This document shows, piece after piece, positions 61,173 to 64,000 of a stretch of 64,000 bases of DNA (position 1 is its first letter; each line of letters begins with the position of its first letter). Position numbers and translations under genes: made by a program. Under the pieces are notes generated by a model, which had not been told where the DNA came from, searched no databases, and saw only the letters and a list, made by a program, of their open reading frames with translations. The stretch lies in contig JAQBOA010000056.1 in assembly GCA_028288305.1 (NCBI GenBank), positions 54,026 to 118,025 on the forward strand, given 5' to 3'. Source of the stretch: Mucilaginibacter sp. (GTDB taxonomy: Bacteria; Bacteroidota; Bacteroidia; Sphingobacteriales; Sphingobacteriaceae).

Positions 61173-61721
61173 ATGAGAAAAATCATCTACGCCATCAACA
61201 TCAGTATAGACGGCTGTGTGGACCACACCAGCTTTAAAGCAGACGAAGAACTTTTCGACTATTTCACCAGTAATATGCGGGACATCGATCTCAGCGTATA
61301 CGGGCGTAAAATGTACGGGTTGATGTTTCCCTATTGGGCCGACGTGGCCAAAAATCAATCCGGGACAAAATGGGAAAATGAATTTGCCCAAACGATCACC
61401 GACGTCGATAAAGTTGTTTTTTCGCGGTCATTGGACGGTATTGAAGGAAACTCGGTCATTGTCCGTACCGACCCGGTGGGCGAATTGTTGAAGCTTAAGC
61501 AGGCGCCGGGCAAAAACATTTCGGTTGATACGGTGCGCCTATTTGCGCAATTAGCGCAGGCTGGCCTGATCGATGAATATCACTTCGTCGTTCATCCGGT
61601 AATTGTCGGCCAGGGGACGCGCCTGGTGGAAGGCAGCCTGCCGGAACGGTTACAATTAAAATTGGTGGAGTCGAAGGTTTTTAAGTCGGGGGCTGTTGCG
61701 CTTCGGTACTTGAAACAATGA
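61173..61721 (+). CDS. Dihydrofolate reductase-like (RibD C-terminal) protein
   Basis: ISIDGC, YGRKMY, KVVFSRSL, LIDEYHFVVHPVIVGQGTRL. Confidence 0.9.
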   Translation: MRKIIYAINISIDGCVDHTSFKADEELFDYFTSNMRDIDLSVYGRKMYGLMFPYWADVAKNQSGTKWENEFAQTITDVDKVVFSRSLDGIEGNSVIVRTDPVGELLKLKQAPGKNISVDTVRLFAQLAQAGLIDEYHFVVHPVIVGQGTRLVEGSLPERLQLKLVESKVFKSGAVALRYLKQ

Positions 61722-61876
61722 GCGAAAAATCTGAGGCAGGAGCTATATTTCTAAATCATCATAAAGAGATAAGCTTTCCCTTTTTTAACTATAGCATTCC
61801 CGGCGCAGGCGTCTTAAAGAAAAATATCCTGCACCCGGCGCAGGCGCCGAAAGAAAATTAAAACTAAAAATATCAA

Positions 61877-62437
61877 ATGAGAAATGTAATCTACGCAATC
61901 AACACGACCTTAGATGGCTGCATCGACCATACCAAATTCTATCCCGATGAAGAAACGATGGAGTATTTTACGCACCTCACGCGAGATGCTGACACATTCG
62001 TCTACGGGCGTAAAACTTATCAATTGATGGTTCCTTATTGGCCCGATGTGGCGAAAAACCCTTCCGGGGATAGAAAAGCAGATATCGAATTTGCCCGGGC
62101 ATTTGACGCCATCAACAAAATTATTGTTTTCTCACAATCATTAGACAGCCCTGAAGGAAAAAAAACGAGAATTGTTCGTACGAGCCTTCACGACGAAGTA
62201 CTTAAATTGAAACAAGAACAAGGCAAAAATATTTTTACCGGTGGTGTAACCCTTGCTTCACAACTTGCAGCGCTTGGTCTGATTGATGAATATCATTTTG
62301 TGGTTCACCCGATAGTTATAGGAGAAGGGAGACGGTTATTTGACGGTATCAACCTGCAAGAGAAATTACAATTAAAACTTGTTGAGTCGACGGTTTTTAA
62401 GTCGGGTAGTGTTGCGCTTCGGTATTTGAAACAATGA
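61877..62437 (+). CDS. Dihydrofolate reductase-like (RibD C-terminal) protein
   Basis: TLDGC, YGRKTYQLM, GGVTLASQL..LGLIDEY, GEGRRLF. Confidence 0.92.
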   Translation: MRNVIYAINTTLDGCIDHTKFYPDEETMEYFTHLTRDADTFVYGRKTYQLMVPYWPDVAKNPSGDRKADIEFARAFDAINKIIVFSQSLDSPEGKKTRIVRTSLHDEVLKLKQEQGKNIFTGGVTLASQLAALGLIDEYHFVVHPIVIGEGRRLFDGINLQEKLQLKLVESTVFKSGSVALRYLKQ

Positions 62438-62496
62438 GAGAAAAATCTGCGGCGACCTCCACATCCCAAATGTGGAGCTCTTAACTCCACGTTACA

Positions 62497-62577
62497 GCAG
62501 GGTCTCTCGCAGAGGACCCTGCGTTCTCCCTGGGCATATTGCAGCGCAGGGTCTCGTGCCGGAGACCCTGCGACGAC
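62497..62577. repeat. REP family D doublet with short spacer
   Basis: GCAGGGTCTCTCGCAGAGGACCCTGCG...CGCAGGGTCTCGTGCCGGAGACCCTGCGACGAC. Confidence 0.85.
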
Positions 62578-62580
62578 AGA

Positions 62581-62679
62581 AAAGTCAAGCATGTTGACTT
62601 TCAGGTAAAAAGGCAAACACTCCCTGAAGCGCTGGAGTGGCTTTGGAAAGATTACGACCCGGCGAAGGTTAGGCAATAA
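62581..62679 (+). pseudogene. 3' remnant of an esterase paralog
   Basis: KVKHVDFQVKRQTLPEALEWLWKDYDPAKVRQ* versus ARHVDNKVRKQTLPEALEWLWKDYRPAKVTQ* of 53481-54602. Confidence 0.85.
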
Positions 62680-62688
62680 TGAATATTC

Positions 62689-62801
62689 TGTCCTCGCAGG
62701 GTCTCTCGCAGAGGACCCTGCGCTCAATCTCCAAATGAACCGTAATTCTGAAATGATTAGGGTGCGCAGGGTCCTCTGCGAGAGACACTGCGGAGACCGA
62801 A
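62689..62801. repeat. REPIN family D copy 2
   Basis: Near-identical to 53140-53247 including spacer. Confidence 0.92.
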
Positions 62802-62954
62802 ATGAGATACTGGATTGAAAGTGCCCTAATAGCTCTTTATTTTTAGGAATATATTCTCGACAATGGAGAACCCCGAAAGCAAAAGAAAAATTTGATTATC
62901 ACCCTTAAAATACTTAGCTTTAATAATTCGTAAACCCACCAAAATCAACCAATT

Positions 62955-63230
62955 ATGTCATTAATTATGAAATTCAAATCTGCTGGTTTTACTATGGAGA
63001 AGTACAACGAAGCAATTAAACAACTTAACGCCGCAGGGGCAGGAAGCCCTAAAGGAAGAAATTATCATGTGTGCTCCGGCAGTCCTGACGGCGTAGATAT
63101 AACGGATGTATGGGATAGTATGGAGGATTTTGAGACCTTCGGTAAAACCCTGCTGCCCATTTTGCATTCCTTAGACGTGGATCCGGGACAACCGGAAGTA
63201 CAGCAAGTTCATAACATAATTGTAGGATAG
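62955..63230 (+). CDS. Small dimeric alpha-beta-barrel (ABM-like) protein
   Basis: G...H......G..ITDVWDSMEDFETFG..L.PIL pattern. Confidence 0.7.
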   Translation: MSLIMKFKSAGFTMEKYNEAIKQLNAAGAGSPKGRNYHVCSGSPDGVDITDVWDSMEDFETFGKTLLPILHSLDVDPGQPEVQQVHNIIVG

Positions 63231-63368
63231 ATATTTGTCTGATTAGTTGGCCAGAGATTATTATTAACCCAAACTAACGGGTTGAACGATAGAGGGGCTA
63301 TGGTTAGCAAGTATCAGGTCTGACGCAACTTCGATATTTTCAATTAAATTTCAATGATTTTACGGGCT

Positions 63369-63481
63369 TGTCCTCGCAGGGTCTCTCGCAGAGGACCCTG
63401 CGCTCAATCTCCAAATGAACCGTAATTCTGAAATGATTAGGGTGCGCAGGGTCCTCTGCGAGAGACCCTGCGGAGACCGAA
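63369..63481. repeat. REPIN family D copy 3
   Basis: Near-identical to copies 1 and 2, same orientation. Confidence 0.92.
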
Positions 63482-63653
63482 TTCAATGATTTTGCTGGCT
63501 TTGACGCTATTAAAGCCAGTATAGATAATACTTTGGCTGCCTTTTTCCTTTCATAAGTGCAGCCACCTGGACGGGCGGAGGATACCTGCCTGAACCCCAG
63601 CCTATTACTTTACTGCACTACATTGTAGGTTAAAAAGTAAGATGTGCCCGCTA

Positions 63654-64000
63654 TTAAAAGCTTTGCCCCACGGAAAAATAAAAGGAAAATGTCTTTATTT
63701 TGCTTGCATCAAAACCTGTGGTATTGTTCTGCATTATATTTGCGAAGCCTTGTTCTATATTTAAACCCACCAACCAACCCTTTGCGGCCTGGAAACCAAT
63801 TATAGAAGTTACACCATAGTCAGTTGATTTAAAGTCGCCATTACTGCCAAATTTAATGTGCTGCGTTTGTGTCTGGTCGAAATTTGTCTGTGTATTTGTG
63901 CCGTTTAAGCCGTATGAAAAATAAGGTCCTGCACCTAAAAATATATTCGCTCCGCTCTCAAAGGGCAAATGTCCAATAAAATCAACCGGAACCTGCAGGT
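63654..64000 (-). CDS. PorT-like outer membrane beta-barrel protein (5' end outside window)
   Basis: LQVPV, LGAGPYFSYGL, alternating beta-strands, terminal Phe. Confidence 0.82.
   Translation of the reverse strand, partial: LQVPVDFIGHLPFESGANIFLGAGPYFSYGLNGTNTQTNFDQTQTQHIKFGSNGDFKSTDYGVTSIIGFQAAKGWLVGLNIEQGFANIMQNNTTGFDASKIKTFSFYFSVGQSF

Noticed and set aside
2493-61391. Numerous 60-230-aa ORFs overlapping confident genes on the opposite strand or in other frames
   Set aside because: Shadow ORFs with no motifs, fully explained by the overlapped genes.
62305-62727. 140-aa minus-strand ORF similar to ORF 54255-54599
   Set aside because: The similarity is the antisense shadow of the esterase tail and REP sequence.
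53140-63481. Repeat-spacer-repeat units as a CRISPR array
   Set aside because: Arms are inverted, spacers are identical between copies, copies are dispersed, and there are no cas genes.

Overview
AT-rich Bacteroidota chromosomal window, most like Mucilaginibacter/Sphingobacteriaceae. This is inferred from gene content, A-rich start contexts without Shine-Dalgarno sequences, and TAnnTTTG promoter boxes. 0-19 kb is core metabolism: atpI-B-E-F-H-A-G, an ABC exporter, truA, hutI-ftcD, a peptide-type SBP and aconitase. At 19.4-24.2 kb an intergenic mosaic of REP-like palindromes has been hit by three IS families. These are an intact IS481, an internally deleted IS1182, and a frameshifted IS110 with a structured left end (bridge-RNA candidate). 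24-48 kb holds a phosphoesterase, a two-component system with a CzcCBA-like RND pump, transporters, gpsA, a TolC/MFP pair, an HtrA-like protease and GH28. The strongest novelty candidate is 48406-51198: a 930-aa protein with an N-terminal PIN nuclease on a helical body that resembles the middle and C-terminal sensor domains of the anti-phage sirtuin DSR2. It may be an effector-swapped defence protein. Next to it lies a 15-bp tRNA-Pro 3' end plus terminator, a probable att scar marking the left edge of an island (51.5 to >64 kb). That island carries REPINs, gene remnants and a BlaI/M56 module with four repeated sensor domains. Many intergenic gaps, and one coding region (truA), contain inverted arrays of 7-8-nt tandem units whose unit sequence differs from locus to locus. 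All family assignments come from motif recognition by eye; no searches were run.
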